DNA of 64,000 bases, from the NCBI GenBank assembly GCA_037147415.1, contig JBAWVF010000004.1, positions 1,112 to 65,111 on the forward strand, written 5' to 3'. Positions 30,506-39,434 of the stretch are shown here, piece after piece. Position 1 is the first letter of the stretch; each line of letters opens with the position of its first letter. A model generated the notes under the pieces. It ran no database searches. It was given only the letters and a program-made list of their open reading frames with translations, and was not told the DNA's origin. Source of the DNA: Rhodospirillaceae bacterium. GTDB lineage: Bacteria > Pseudomonadota > Alphaproteobacteria > Azospirillales > Azospirillaceae. The translations under genes and the position numbers were made by a program.

Positions 30506-31442
30506 CCGAGTTCGGGACGCGCCATGGCGGGGTGATCGCGCTGGCGGTCATGGTCGCGCTGCTGCCGCTCGGGCTGCCCGACCTTTATACCTATGACATT
30601 GCGATCAATGCCGGCTTCAACGCCATCGTGTGCGTCGGCCTGAACCTGTTGATCGGCTATGCCGGTCAGATCAGCCTGGGCCACGCCGGTTTTTTCGGGC
30701 TCGGCGCATATGCTTCGGGCATTCTGACCACCCGCTACGGCTGGCCCCCGCTGGCGGCGCTGGCGGCCGGAGCGGTCGGGGTGGCGGCGCTGTCCTGGCT
30801 GGTGGCGCGGGCGGTGCTTGGGCTCAAGGGCCATTTCCTGGCGATGGCGACCATGGGGGTCGGCATTATCGTTGCGATCGTGCTCAACACGGAATCGGGG
30901 CTGACCGGCGGCTCGGACGGGCTGATGGTCGGCGATTTCTCGGTGTTCGGTTTGGTCTTGCGCGGTGAGCGCGCCTGGTACTGGGTGGTCGGCGGTCTGC
31001 TGGTGCTGGTGATCGCCGCCGCCGGTAATCTGATCGACTCGCCGGTCGGGCGCGCCTTGCGTGCGCTCCACGGCAGCGAGATCGCGGCCGAGGTCGCCGG
31101 CATCGATACCGCACGCACCAAAATCATGGTGTTCGTGCTGTCGGCCGTGCTGGCGGCGATTGTCGGCAGTCTTTACGTTCACTATGCCGGCATGATCACG
31201 CCGAGCCGGGCCGGCTTCATGAAATCGATCGAGTTGGTGACCATGGTCGTGTTCGGCGGCATGGCCTCCAGTTTCGGCGCGCTGGTCGGGGCGGTGTTTC
31301 TGACCGTGCTGCCGCAGGTATTGACCGCGTTCGAGGATTACGAGACGATTATTCTGGGTGTGATCATGGTCGGCACCATGATTTTCATGCCGCGCGGACT
31401 GGTGGTGACCCTGCGCGACCTGCTGCGGATCGGGAGACGGCC

Positions 31443-31446
<4 letters not shown>
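30502..31446 (+). CDS. LivM-type permease (second operon)
   Basis: The GQISLGHAGFFGLGAYASGIL motif is present. A 4-nt overlap occurs with the neighbour on each side. Confidence 0.9.
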
Positions 31447-32201
<755 letters not shown>

Positions 32202-32204
32202 GCG

Positions 32205-32909
32205 ATGCTGTTGGACATTTCCGATCTGACCAGCCATTACGGCCGCCTTCAGGCGCTGCGGGGGATTTCGCTGACGATCGGGCAAGGCGAGCTGATCGCC
32301 CTGATCGGGGCCAACGGCGCCGGCAAGACCTCGCTGTTGCAGGCGATATCGGGCGTGCGTGCGGTCAGCGGCGGGCGCATGCGGTTCGAGGGTCGCGATC
32401 TCGCCGGCTTGGCGCCCGAGCGGCGGGTCGATCTCGGCATCGTCCAAGTGCCCGAGGGCCGGCAGGTGTTCGCATCGCTCAGCGTCGAGGATAATCTGAG
32501 GCTGGGCGCCTATCGTCGCCGCGACCGTGAAATCGCGGCCGATCTTGCCCGCATGATCGAGCTGTTTCCGGTGCTGGGGCGCTATCGAAACCTTACCGCC
32601 GGCAGTCTGTCGGGCGGGCAACAACAAATGCTGGCGCTGGCCCGCGGTTTGATGGCGCGGCCCCGGCTGCTGCTGCTCGACGAGCCGAGCATGGGGTTAT
32701 CACCGGTACTGGTCGCCGAAGTCTTTCAAGTCATCGCGGATTTGAGGCGGGCCGGCACCACCATTTTCCTGGTCGAGCAAAACGCCCGCTCGGCGCTGGC
32801 GATTGCCGACCGCGCCTATGTCATCGAAACCGGTGCCGTCGTGCTGTCGGGCAGTGGTGCCGGGTTACTGGCCGACGACCGCGTGCGTACCGCTTATCTG
32901 GGGTTGTGA
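32205..32909 (+). CDS. LivF-type ATP-binding protein (second operon)
   Basis: Supporting motifs are LIGANGAGKTS, LSGGQQQMLALARGL and LLLLDEPSMGLSP. Confidence 0.9.
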   Translation: MLLDISDLTSHYGRLQALRGISLTIGQGELIALIGANGAGKTSLLQAISGVRAVSGGRMRFEGRDLAGLAPERRVDLGIVQVPEGRQVFASLSVEDNLRLGAYRRRDREIAADLARMIELFPVLGRYRNLTAGSLSGGQQQMLALARGLMARPRLLLLDEPSMGLSPVLVAEVFQVIADLRRAGTTIFLVEQNARSALAIADRAYVIETGAVVLSGSGAGLLADDRVRTAYLGL

Positions 32910-34106
32910 GATTAGGCGTTCTATCGGCAGCCGAACGCGCACGATGGTACCGTGGCCGGGCTCGCTGTCCAGTTCGACTCGACCGCCATGCAATTCGGCG
33001 TAGCGTTGGACGATCGGCAGGCCGATGCCGATGCCTTCGTACCGGCGGTCGAGCGCTCCGTCGCCTTGGGTGAAGGGGTCGAAGATGCGCGCCTGGATTT
33101 CCGGGCTGATTCCGGGGCCGTTGTCGGTAACGGTGATCACGATGTCCGCGTCGCAACAAACCAGCGAGGCGGTCGCGGTCCCGCCGTCATGATTGAACTT
33201 AATCGCATTGTCGAGAATAGAGAGCATCAGCTCGCGCATGCGGCGTTCGTCGGCGCGGACCAGCAGAGACGGCGAGTCCTCCAACAGCATCGAGACCCGC
33301 TTGCCCATTGCCTTGGGTGTCAGCATGGCGATGCAACGCTCGATCAGTTCACGAAGGTCGATCGGGCCGTCTTCAATCGTGACGGTCCCGGTCGCGCCCT
33401 TGGTATATTCGAGGATGCGGTTGACCATGTCGAGCAGGTGCTTGCCGCTTTCCTCGATCAGCTTGACATAGTCGAGATAGTCGGGCGGAATCGGCGGCCT
33501 CATGTCCTGAGCCGAGATCACTTCCGAAAAACCGATGATGGCGTTGAGCGGGGTCCGCAACTCGTGGCTCATCACCGACAGAAAATCCATCTTGGCGCGG
33601 TCGGCCTTGCGGGTGGCGGCCAACGCATCGGATAATTCCAGCGTGCGTTCTTCGACCCGGCGCTCCAGCTCTTTGTTCTGTTGCTTGGTTCTTTTGTACA
33701 AGGTCCGAATCTGCAACATATTGCGGACGCGCTGCACCAGTTCCCAGGCGACGAACGGCTTGGTCAGGAAATCGGAGGCGCCGACTTCCAGCGACTTGCG
33801 CCGCGTTTCCTGATCGGTCTGGGCGGTCAGCACCAGAATCGGGACATAATCATCGGCGAAAATCGGGCGCAACAGCTCGATCAACTGAAAGCCGCTGAGA
33901 TGCGGCATGCGGATATCAAGCAGGAGGATGTCCCAGGATTCGGTGCGGCAGATATCCGGAACCAGCCGCGGGTCGGTTTCCCCCCGAATCCGGCCATAGC
34001 CTTGGTGACGCAGAATCTCGCGCAGCAGATCGACATTGGACGCATTGTCGTCCACGATCAGAATCGCGGCGTCCTTGGTTTCGCGGTCGATCTCGGCGTT
34101 GATCAT
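32865..34106 (-). CDS. Response-regulator receiver fused to histidine kinase (REC-HisKA-HATPase_c)
   Basis: The receiver is ILIVDDNASN..ILLLDIRMPHLSGF..TKP. The H-box is [14 protein letters not shown]. Kinase boxes are NAIKFN, DNGPGI and GIGIGLPIV. Its 3' end overlaps the convergent livF-type gene by 45 nt. Confidence 0.9.
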   Translation of the reverse strand: MINAEIDRETKDAAILIVDDNASNVDLLREILRHQGYGRIRGETDPRLVPDICRTESWDILLLDIRMPHLSGFQLIELLRPIFADDYVPILVLTAQTDQETRRKSLEVGASDFLTKPFVAWELVQRVRNMLQIRTLYKRTKQQNKELERRVEERTLELSDALAATRKADRAKMDFLSVMSHELRTPLNAIIGFSEVISAQDMRPPIPPDYLDYVKLIEESGKHLLDMVNRILEYTKGATGTVTIEDGPIDLRELIERCIAMLTPKAMGKRVSMLLEDSPSLLVRADERRMRELMLSILDNAIKFNHDGGTATASLVCCDADIVITVTDNGPGISPEIQARIFDPFTQGDGALDRRYEGIGIGLPIVQRYAELHGGRVELDSEPGHGTIVRVRLPIERLISQPQISGTHAVVGQ

Positions 34107-34135
34107 TGTGCGGCGATCATTGTGCGGCGATCATT
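34101..34135. repeat. 14-bp tandem repeat (2.5 copies) spanning the REC-HK start codon
   Basis: The repeat is gatcattgtgcggc x2 plus gatcatt. On the minus strand each copy reads ATGATCGCCGCACAATGA, that is MIAAQ-stop, with the stop overlapping the next ATG. Confidence 0.85.
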
Positions 34136-34208
34136 ATGCTGTCCGTTTCCTTCGGCGGTCGGATGCAGCGACACTCTCGCAAAAAACGAACGAAACTCCA
34201 ACAGTTTA

Positions 34209-34670
34209 TTATGAGCCGGCCTTGCGTTCCCAGCCTCCGCCCGGCGATTGTTGCCAGTAGGTCAGGTCGTGGCCGGCAGCCTTGCAGGTGCGCCAGCGCC
34301 GTCTGGCCGCAGCCACGGCCTCGGCATCGTTGCCGTCGAACAGGTCGCACACCAGAGTAATGCCGGGCAGCGTGCTGCAATCGGTCTCGGCCCCGTCGGT
34401 CAGAATCAGGACATTGGCCAGATTGGGGTTCTCCGCCTCCGTGGTCAGCCAGATCGGCTGCTCGGCGGGGGAGCCGTCGCGGCGGCTGCCATGGGGCAGG
34501 AACGAGGCTGGGTTTGCGGTCCACAGCAACAGATTAAGTGCCTCGACCCTTTGTTCCGAGCCGGCGAGCACCACGGCGCGCCAACCCCGTTCCAGCACCT
34601 TTTCCAGCAGGGGCGGCAGGGCTTGATCCAGGCTCTTGCGCTGAAGATGGTAAAAGCGAATCTCGGTCAT
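34209..34670 (-). CDS. holC: DNA polymerase III chi subunit
   Basis: MTEIRFYHLQRKSLDQALPPLLEKVLERGWRAVVLAGSEQRVEALNLLLWT is a typical alphaproteobacterial HolC N-terminus. Length is 153 aa. Confidence 0.9.
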   Translation of the reverse strand: MTEIRFYHLQRKSLDQALPPLLEKVLERGWRAVVLAGSEQRVEALNLLLWTANPASFLPHGSRRDGSPAEQPIWLTTEAENPNLANVLILTDGAETDCSTLPGITLVCDLFDGNDAEAVAAARRRWRTCKAAGHDLTYWQQSPGGGWERKAGS

Positions 34671-34754
34671 GGCCGATAGCTATGAACGCGCGCGGCGCGG
34701 ACGGCAACGGGAAATCGGCTTGAGCGCTATCGCGCAGAGTGATATCTTTTACGC

Positions 34755-34937
34755 ATGATAACCTCGCAGCCCATAACATCAGAACAAATCCGGGCGGCCC
34801 GGGCTTTGTTGCCGGAGGAAGTCAAAGCCCGATACGAGAGAATCATGGGCCATGCCCGAAAGATCAGATCGTTGCCGGTGTTGGACCCGAACTTTTCCCT
34901 GGATGATTTGTACGATGAAAACGGCTTGCCGAAATGA
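34755..34937 (+). CDS. Hypothetical 60-aa ORF abutting the higB remnant
   Basis: ATG ORF ending ..SLDDLYDENGLPK. Its stop overlaps the first codons of the higB remnant. I cannot place it in a family, and it may be a junction artefact of the deletion that truncated higB. Confidence 0.3.
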   Translation: MITSQPITSEQIRAARALLPEEVKARYERIMGHARKIRSLPVLDPNFSLDDLYDENGLPK

Positions 34938-35013
34938 TCGTCATCGATCAATTTCGGGTCTGTTTTGCGGTTATAAACAACAACTTCATGTTGAAATGAT
35001 CGACTATCACTGA
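34934..35013 (+). pseudogene. higB: higB (RelE/ParE-superfamily killer toxin) remnant: C-terminal about 25 codons only, frameshifted
   Basis: One frame gives ..IDQFRVCFAV.. (compare the HigB motif INDQWRICFRW) and stops at 34999. The next frame gives VEMIDYH-stop at 35013 (compare the HigB C-terminus VEIVDYH). The remnant lies 37 nt upstream of higA, as in intact higBA modules. Confidence 0.6.
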
Positions 35014-35049
35014 GTCGGTCTGTGCTTCAACTTCCGGACAGCCGAGCCC

Positions 35050-35370
35050 ATGAACCGTTTGCCCAACATACATCCCGGCGAAATCCTGCGGGAGGAGTTT
35101 CTTCTTCCGCTCGGGATTACCGCCTATCGTCTGTCAAAGGATATCGGGGTGCCTCAGACCAGAATTTCGGAGATAGTGGCCGAGCGCCGGAGCGTGACCG
35201 CAGATACCGCAGCCAGGCTCGGTCGCTATTTCGACACGTCGCCCCGGTTTTGGCTGAACCTGCAAACGGCTTACGATCTGGAGGAAATCGAGCGCGAAAA
35301 GGCGGAAGAAATCAGCGCGATTCGGGTTTACTCGAACCACGCTGTTTCCACGGCCATTCAGGCACCGTAA
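35050..35370 (+). CDS. higA: HigA-family antitoxin (XRE-type HTH)
   Basis: MNRLPNIHPGEILREEFLLPLGITAYRLSKDIGVPQTRISEIVAERRSVTADTAARLGRYFDTSPRFWLNLQTAYDL is a near-consensus HigA/VapI sequence. Confidence 0.9.
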   Translation: MNRLPNIHPGEILREEFLLPLGITAYRLSKDIGVPQTRISEIVAERRSVTADTAARLGRYFDTSPRFWLNLQTAYDLEEIEREKAEEISAIRVYSNHAVSTAIQAP

Positions 35371-35385
35371 CCCGGCGCCTTATAC

Positions 35386-35411
35386 GCTTGTCCGGAAGTT
35401 TCCGGACAAGC
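35386..35411. terminator. Perfect 12-bp palindrome after higA (TCCGGA-core family)
   Basis: The sequence is gcttgtccggaa-gt-ttccggacaagc, located 16 nt after the higA stop between convergent higA and pepA. Confidence 0.5.
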
Positions 35412-35430
35412 CGCGCTCATACGCCGCGCG

Positions 35431-35448
35431 GGGCCGCGGTCGCGGCCC
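35431..35448. terminator. Second GC hairpin between higA and pepA
   Basis: gggccgcg-gt-cgcggccc forms a perfect 8-bp stem 25 nt from the pepA stop. Confidence 0.4.
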
Positions 35449-35472
35449 GATACGGATTTTCAGAAATCCGTA

Positions 35473-36972
35473 TTATCCCTCGCAGGCCTCGGCGATGTAG
35501 CGGTCGAGCAGGCGGACGCCGAACGCGGTGCCGCCCTTGGGCACGATCGGCGCATCCTTTTTGGACCAGGTAACGCCGGCGATATCGAGGTGCGCCCACG
35601 GCAGCTCTCCGACGAAGCGCTTGATGAATTGAGCGCCGGTGATGCTGCCGCCGTTGCGGCCGGCACCGACATTCTTCATGTCGGCGATATCGGAGTTCAG
35701 TTCCTTGTCGTAAGCCTCACCCATCGGCATGCGCCACAGATTTTCACCGACCGCGCGTCCGGCGGCGGTCAGCTTTTCGGCCAGCGTGTCGTCGCTGGCG
35801 AACAGGCCGGCATATTCGGTGCCGAGCGCGACTAGGATCGCTCCGGTCAGGGTGGCAAGGTCGATCAAGGCGCGCGGCTTGAAGCGGTCCTCGGCGTACC
35901 AGACGGCATCGGCCAGCACCAGCCGGCCTTCGGCGTCGGTATTGATGACTTCGATGGTCTTGCCCGAGGCGGAGGTGACGACGTCGCCCGGGCGCTGAGC
36001 GGTGCCGGAGGGCATGTTTTCGACCAGTCCGACCACGCCGACCACATTCGTTTTCGCTTTGCGCCCGGCCAGCGCGCACAGGGTTCCGATCACGACGGCG
36101 GCGCCGGCCATGTCCCATTTCATGTCTTCCATGCCGGCGGCGCCCTTGATCGAGATGCCGCCGCTGTCGAAGGTGACGCCCTTGCCGACCAGCGCCAGCG
36201 GCTTTTGCTCGGCGGATTCAGGCGCGCCCCGCCACTTCAGCACGACCAAGCGGGGCGGATTGGCGCTGCCCTGCGCCACCCCGAGCAGCGAGCCCATGCC
36301 CAACTCGCGCAGCCGGGGTTCGTCGAGCACCTCGATTTCAAGACCGAGCCGAGTCAGTTCGGAGCAACGCTCGGCCAGCAGAATCGGCGTTAAATGATTG
36401 GCCGGCTCCGAGACCAGATTGCGGGCCAGAATGACGCCCTCGATCACCGGCTCCAGCGCGGCAAAGGCCAAGCGGGCCGCGTCGGCGTCGGTGACCTGAA
36501 TCGTCAGACCGGTCAGCGCGGGCTTTTGCTCGGGTTTTTCGGTGGTGCGGTAGCGGTCGAAGCGATAGGCGCGCAGTCGGGCGCCCAGCCCCGCCGCCGC
36601 CGCCATCCGGGCCGACTCCAACTTTGCGCCTTCGGGGATTTCGATGCGAAGCACGGCTTCGGTTTCGCCCGACTTGCCGAGAAAGGCCACGGCGGCGCCG
36701 CCCAATGCTTCGAATGATTGCTCGGTCAGGGCCTCGGGCTTGCCCGTCCCGATCAGCAACAGCCGCACCAGCGTCAGCCCGGCCGGAGCCAGCAGCTCCA
36801 GCGTTTCCTCTTTCTTGCCGGTAAAGCGACTGCTGGCGAGCGCCCTGGTCACCATGCCGCCGCTCAGCGTGTCGACCTCAAGCCCGACCGGGCCGAGGGC
36901 TTTATCCTGGCCGACGGTGAGAACCAAAGTTCCGGCTTTCGGTAAAGCGGGCTCGGCGAACGTGATTTGCAT
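35473..36972 (-). CDS. pepA: Leucyl aminopeptidase (M17)
   Basis: Supporting motifs are VGKGVTFDSGGISIK, NTDAEGRLVLAD and ATLTGA. The start was trimmed from 37137 to the ATG of MQITFAEPALPKAG. Confidence 0.93.
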   Translation of the reverse strand: MQITFAEPALPKAGTLVLTVGQDKALGPVGLEVDTLSGGMVTRALASSRFTGKKEETLELLAPAGLTLVRLLLIGTGKPEALTEQSFEALGGAAVAFLGKSGETEAVLRIEIPEGAKLESARMAAAAGLGARLRAYRFDRYRTTEKPEQKPALTGLTIQVTDADAARLAFAALEPVIEGVILARNLVSEPANHLTPILLAERCSELTRLGLEIEVLDEPRLRELGMGSLLGVAQGSANPPRLVVLKWRGAPESAEQKPLALVGKGVTFDSGGISIKGAAGMEDMKWDMAGAAVVIGTLCALAGRKAKTNVVGVVGLVENMPSGTAQRPGDVVTSASGKTIEVINTDAEGRLVLADAVWYAEDRFKPRALIDLATLTGAILVALGTEYAGLFASDDTLAEKLTAAGRAVGENLWRMPMGEAYDKELNSDIADMKNVGAGRNGGSITGAQFIKRFVGELPWAHLDIAGVTWSKKDAPIVPKGGTAFGVRLLDRYIAEACEG

Positions 36973-37247
36973 GGGAGGCGTCTCGTCAGCTGGAAGAGGG
37001 GGCGGCTGGAAAAGGAAGCGGCTGGAAAGGGCATGACTGTCATAAAGGCTCGCCCCCTGGGCCGCTGTCAAGCGTTCAGGTGGCTTCGAAGGCGGTCGGC
37101 GGTATATCGTCGAAATGATCGGCCCGCACCGCCGCAAGACGGTCCCGACCCGGCCGGGCGATTGTTACGCTCGGTTCCGGTCACTAAATAGCTTGCCGTG
37201 AACCGGGCCGGCTGTCAGACCGGTGTTTGAGCCAATCCGGAGGGATC

Positions 37248-38219
37248 ATGAAAGGGTTCGCGCGCACCATCCTGTCGATGCTGCTCCTGTTGTTGCTGAG
37301 CCTCGGTTCGGCCCGGGCCGACGGTTGGGGACAGCTGAGCTTCAACGAAGCCACCGATAGTGCCGGCGGGGTGGCGCTGCACTATGTGTTTTCCGAGCGC
37401 TTGCGGGCGAAGTCCTATGAGATCGGCTTCGTGCTGCCGTCCTCCAGCCTGCGCTTTAAGGAACTCGGCACCGGCATCGGGATCGGCCGCTACGACCAGA
37501 ATGCGCTGGTGCATCGGGTTCAACTGGAGGTCGGGCGGGCAATTCAACCCTATGGCGGCGCGGTGGTGGCCGAGGTGAGGGCGGCGAGCGGCGGCTATGC
37601 CATGAACCTGCGCGCGCGCGGGATCAGTGCGCCCGAGCGCGTGTTGACCGGAATTCAACAGGTGGCGGTCCGGGCGGTCGAGGCCTATCTGAGCGACAAC
37701 TACCTGACCCATCTGCGTGAGCATGTGGTTATCCCGGATTACGGCAGGCTGGCCGGGCACTATATCGCGGCGATGCAGCCGGTGGCCGAAGCATTGAACC
37801 GCCTGGCGCCCGATGCCGGCAAGCGCGACAAGCTGACGCTGGCGCTCACCTTCATGCAAAGCATTCCCTATGATGATTTCACGCTGCGGCGGCGGGAAAG
37901 CGGCTATGTCGTGCCGCCTGACATGCTGGTGCGCAACAAAGGCGATTGCGGCACCAAATCGGTCGCACTTGCCAGCTTATTGGCGACGCTGATTCCCGAC
38001 TTGCCGGTGGTGATTATCCTGATCCCCGAACATGCCTTGATGGGAGTCGGCATGATGGCCGGGCTATCGGAACACAGCCTGACCCGCGACGGGCGCAGCT
38101 ATTTGCTGGTGGAGCCGGTCGGGCCGGCTCAATTACCGCCCGGTCAAATCTCAAGTCAAACCCGCAAGGCGCTGGCCAACGGGCAGGATATCACCATACT
38201 GCCGGTGCGGCGGCCCTGA
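37248..38219 (+). CDS. Secreted hypothetical protein with possible transglutaminase-like Cys/His core
   Basis: GGAGGG lies upstream of the ATG. The signal peptide is MKGFARTILSMLLLLLLSLGSARA. NKGDCGTKSVALASLL ... IPEHALMGV ... LLVEPVG resembles a Cys-His-acid triad arrangement. Confidence 0.7.
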   Translation: MKGFARTILSMLLLLLLSLGSARADGWGQLSFNEATDSAGGVALHYVFSERLRAKSYEIGFVLPSSSLRFKELGTGIGIGRYDQNALVHRVQLEVGRAIQPYGGAVVAEVRAASGGYAMNLRARGISAPERVLTGIQQVAVRAVEAYLSDNYLTHLREHVVIPDYGRLAGHYIAAMQPVAEALNRLAPDAGKRDKLTLALTFMQSIPYDDFTLRRRESGYVVPPDMLVRNKGDCGTKSVALASLLATLIPDLPVVIILIPEHALMGVGMMAGLSEHSLTRDGRSYLLVEPVGPAQLPPGQISSQTRKALANGQDITILPVRRP

Positions 38220-39213
38220 AGGCTCCGCTTAAGACCCCGTTCAAGACGGCTTTGGGCGGCGGCATGCGGGTGCGCATCATCCGGGCGCCGGTCAGGTCGG
38301 CTTCGTCAAGGTCGGCTTCATCGAAATTGGCTCCGACCAGATTGGCCGAAATCAGGCTGGTGCCGCACAGCCGGGCCAGCCCCAGATCGGCCCCGGTCAG
38401 ATCGGTCACTTGGGACCGCCCGGTCGGCAGATAGGCCGGCGCCATCCGGCAGCCGGTCAAGTCCGCTCCGCGCAAACAGGCATAGCCCAGATTGGCCCCC
38501 GACAAATCGGCGCTGTAGAGATTGGCGTCCTCCAGGCAGGCGCCCGACAGGTCGGCCATGACCAAGCGAATACGCGACAGCGCCGACTCGCGCAGGACCG
38601 CACCGCGCAGGCTGGCGCCGCTCAGATTAACCCCGCGCAGATCGACCCGCGACAACTCGGCTCCGTCCAGATCGGCCCGGGCCCCGCGTCGCCCGCCGCT
38701 TTCAATCCAGCGCTCATGTTCGAAAATGGCGTGCTGAAGCTCCAGCGCCAGCGTGTCCAGGCTTTTGCTGATCCGCACGTCGGTCAGGTCGGCCGAAGCC
38801 AGATCACAGGCGCACAATGCGGCCCCGATCATGTCGGCGCCCCGAAAGCTTGCGCCGCGCACCGTGGCGTTCGAAAGATTGGCGCCGTTCAGCCGGGCGC
38901 CGCTTAGATTGGCATCGACCAGCCTGGCATCGGAAAGATCGGCGTTGCGCAGCACCGCGGCGGTCAGATTGGCCCCCTCCAGCACCGCCCGATGCAGAAT
39001 CGCGCCGCGCAAATCGGCTTGTGCCAAGTCGGCACCGCTCAGATCGGCCCCGGCCAGATTGCTGCCGGCCAAGCGGCAGCCGCGCAGATTGGCCCCGGTC
39101 AGCCGGATCCGGCGCAAATCGTGGTGCGCCAGATCGGCCTGTCGGCCACCGTCGCGCCCCTCAACCCAAAGGGTGTGTCGGTCGAATATTTCGGAGAGCG
39201 AATGATTCGTCAT
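38191..39213 (-). CDS. Pentapeptide-repeat protein
   Basis: Long runs of A(D/N)LxG-type pentapeptides occur (ANLRGCRLAGSNLAGADLSGADLAQADLRGA...). The start was trimmed to the ATG of MTNHSLSEIF. Its 3' end overlaps the convergent gene by 29 nt. Confidence 0.85.
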   Translation of the reverse strand: MTNHSLSEIFDRHTLWVEGRDGGRQADLAHHDLRRIRLTGANLRGCRLAGSNLAGADLSGADLAQADLRGAILHRAVLEGANLTAAVLRNADLSDARLVDANLSGARLNGANLSNATVRGASFRGADMIGAALCACDLASADLTDVRISKSLDTLALELQHAIFEHERWIESGGRRGARADLDGAELSRVDLRGVNLSGASLRGAVLRESALSRIRLVMADLSGACLEDANLYSADLSGANLGYACLRGADLTGCRMAPAYLPTGRSQVTDLTGADLGLARLCGTSLISANLVGANFDEADLDEADLTGARMMRTRMPPPKAVLNGVLSGAFRAAAPAVW

Positions 39214-39434
39214 CGGGGCAGCCCCTTTCCGGGCGGGATGAGCAAATATTCGCCCTAAATTCTTACTGAAAGATAAACGTCCGTCCGCCACGGCCATTTG
39301 AAAAAAAAGCGTCGCCCGGCGTGGCAATGCGGCCACGGCAGAGGGCAAATATTGCCGTGCAGCATTCATATTTTGGTGGAAGTGCCGGAGATCGCCTTAA
39401 ATAAGTGATGGTCGAGGGAAATGGTGTGCGGGCG

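Noticed and set aside
34755-34937. The 60-aa ORF as the HigB toxin partner of higA.
   Set aside because: Its sequence has no HigB/RelE motifs. The genuine HigB-like residues (IDQFRVCFAV, VEMIDYH) lie downstream of its stop, in other frames.
35473-37137. N-terminally extended versions of several ORFs in the track. Examples are pepA to 37137, hemB from 47688, livF from 27573, leuD from 6920, hsp20 to 6616, chvI from 54259, and the DUF882 genes from 41470 and 42626.
   Set aside because: The extensions are non-conserved and Arg/Pro-rich, or they overlap upstream genes. Internal ATG or GTG codons with SD sequences, or ATGA coupling, give N-termini that match the family consensus.
38191-39213. The pentapeptide-repeat protein as a Qnr-like or defence-related factor.
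   Set aside because: Pentapeptide-repeat proteins are abundant and functionally diverse. Nothing in the sequence or neighbourhood supports a specific role.
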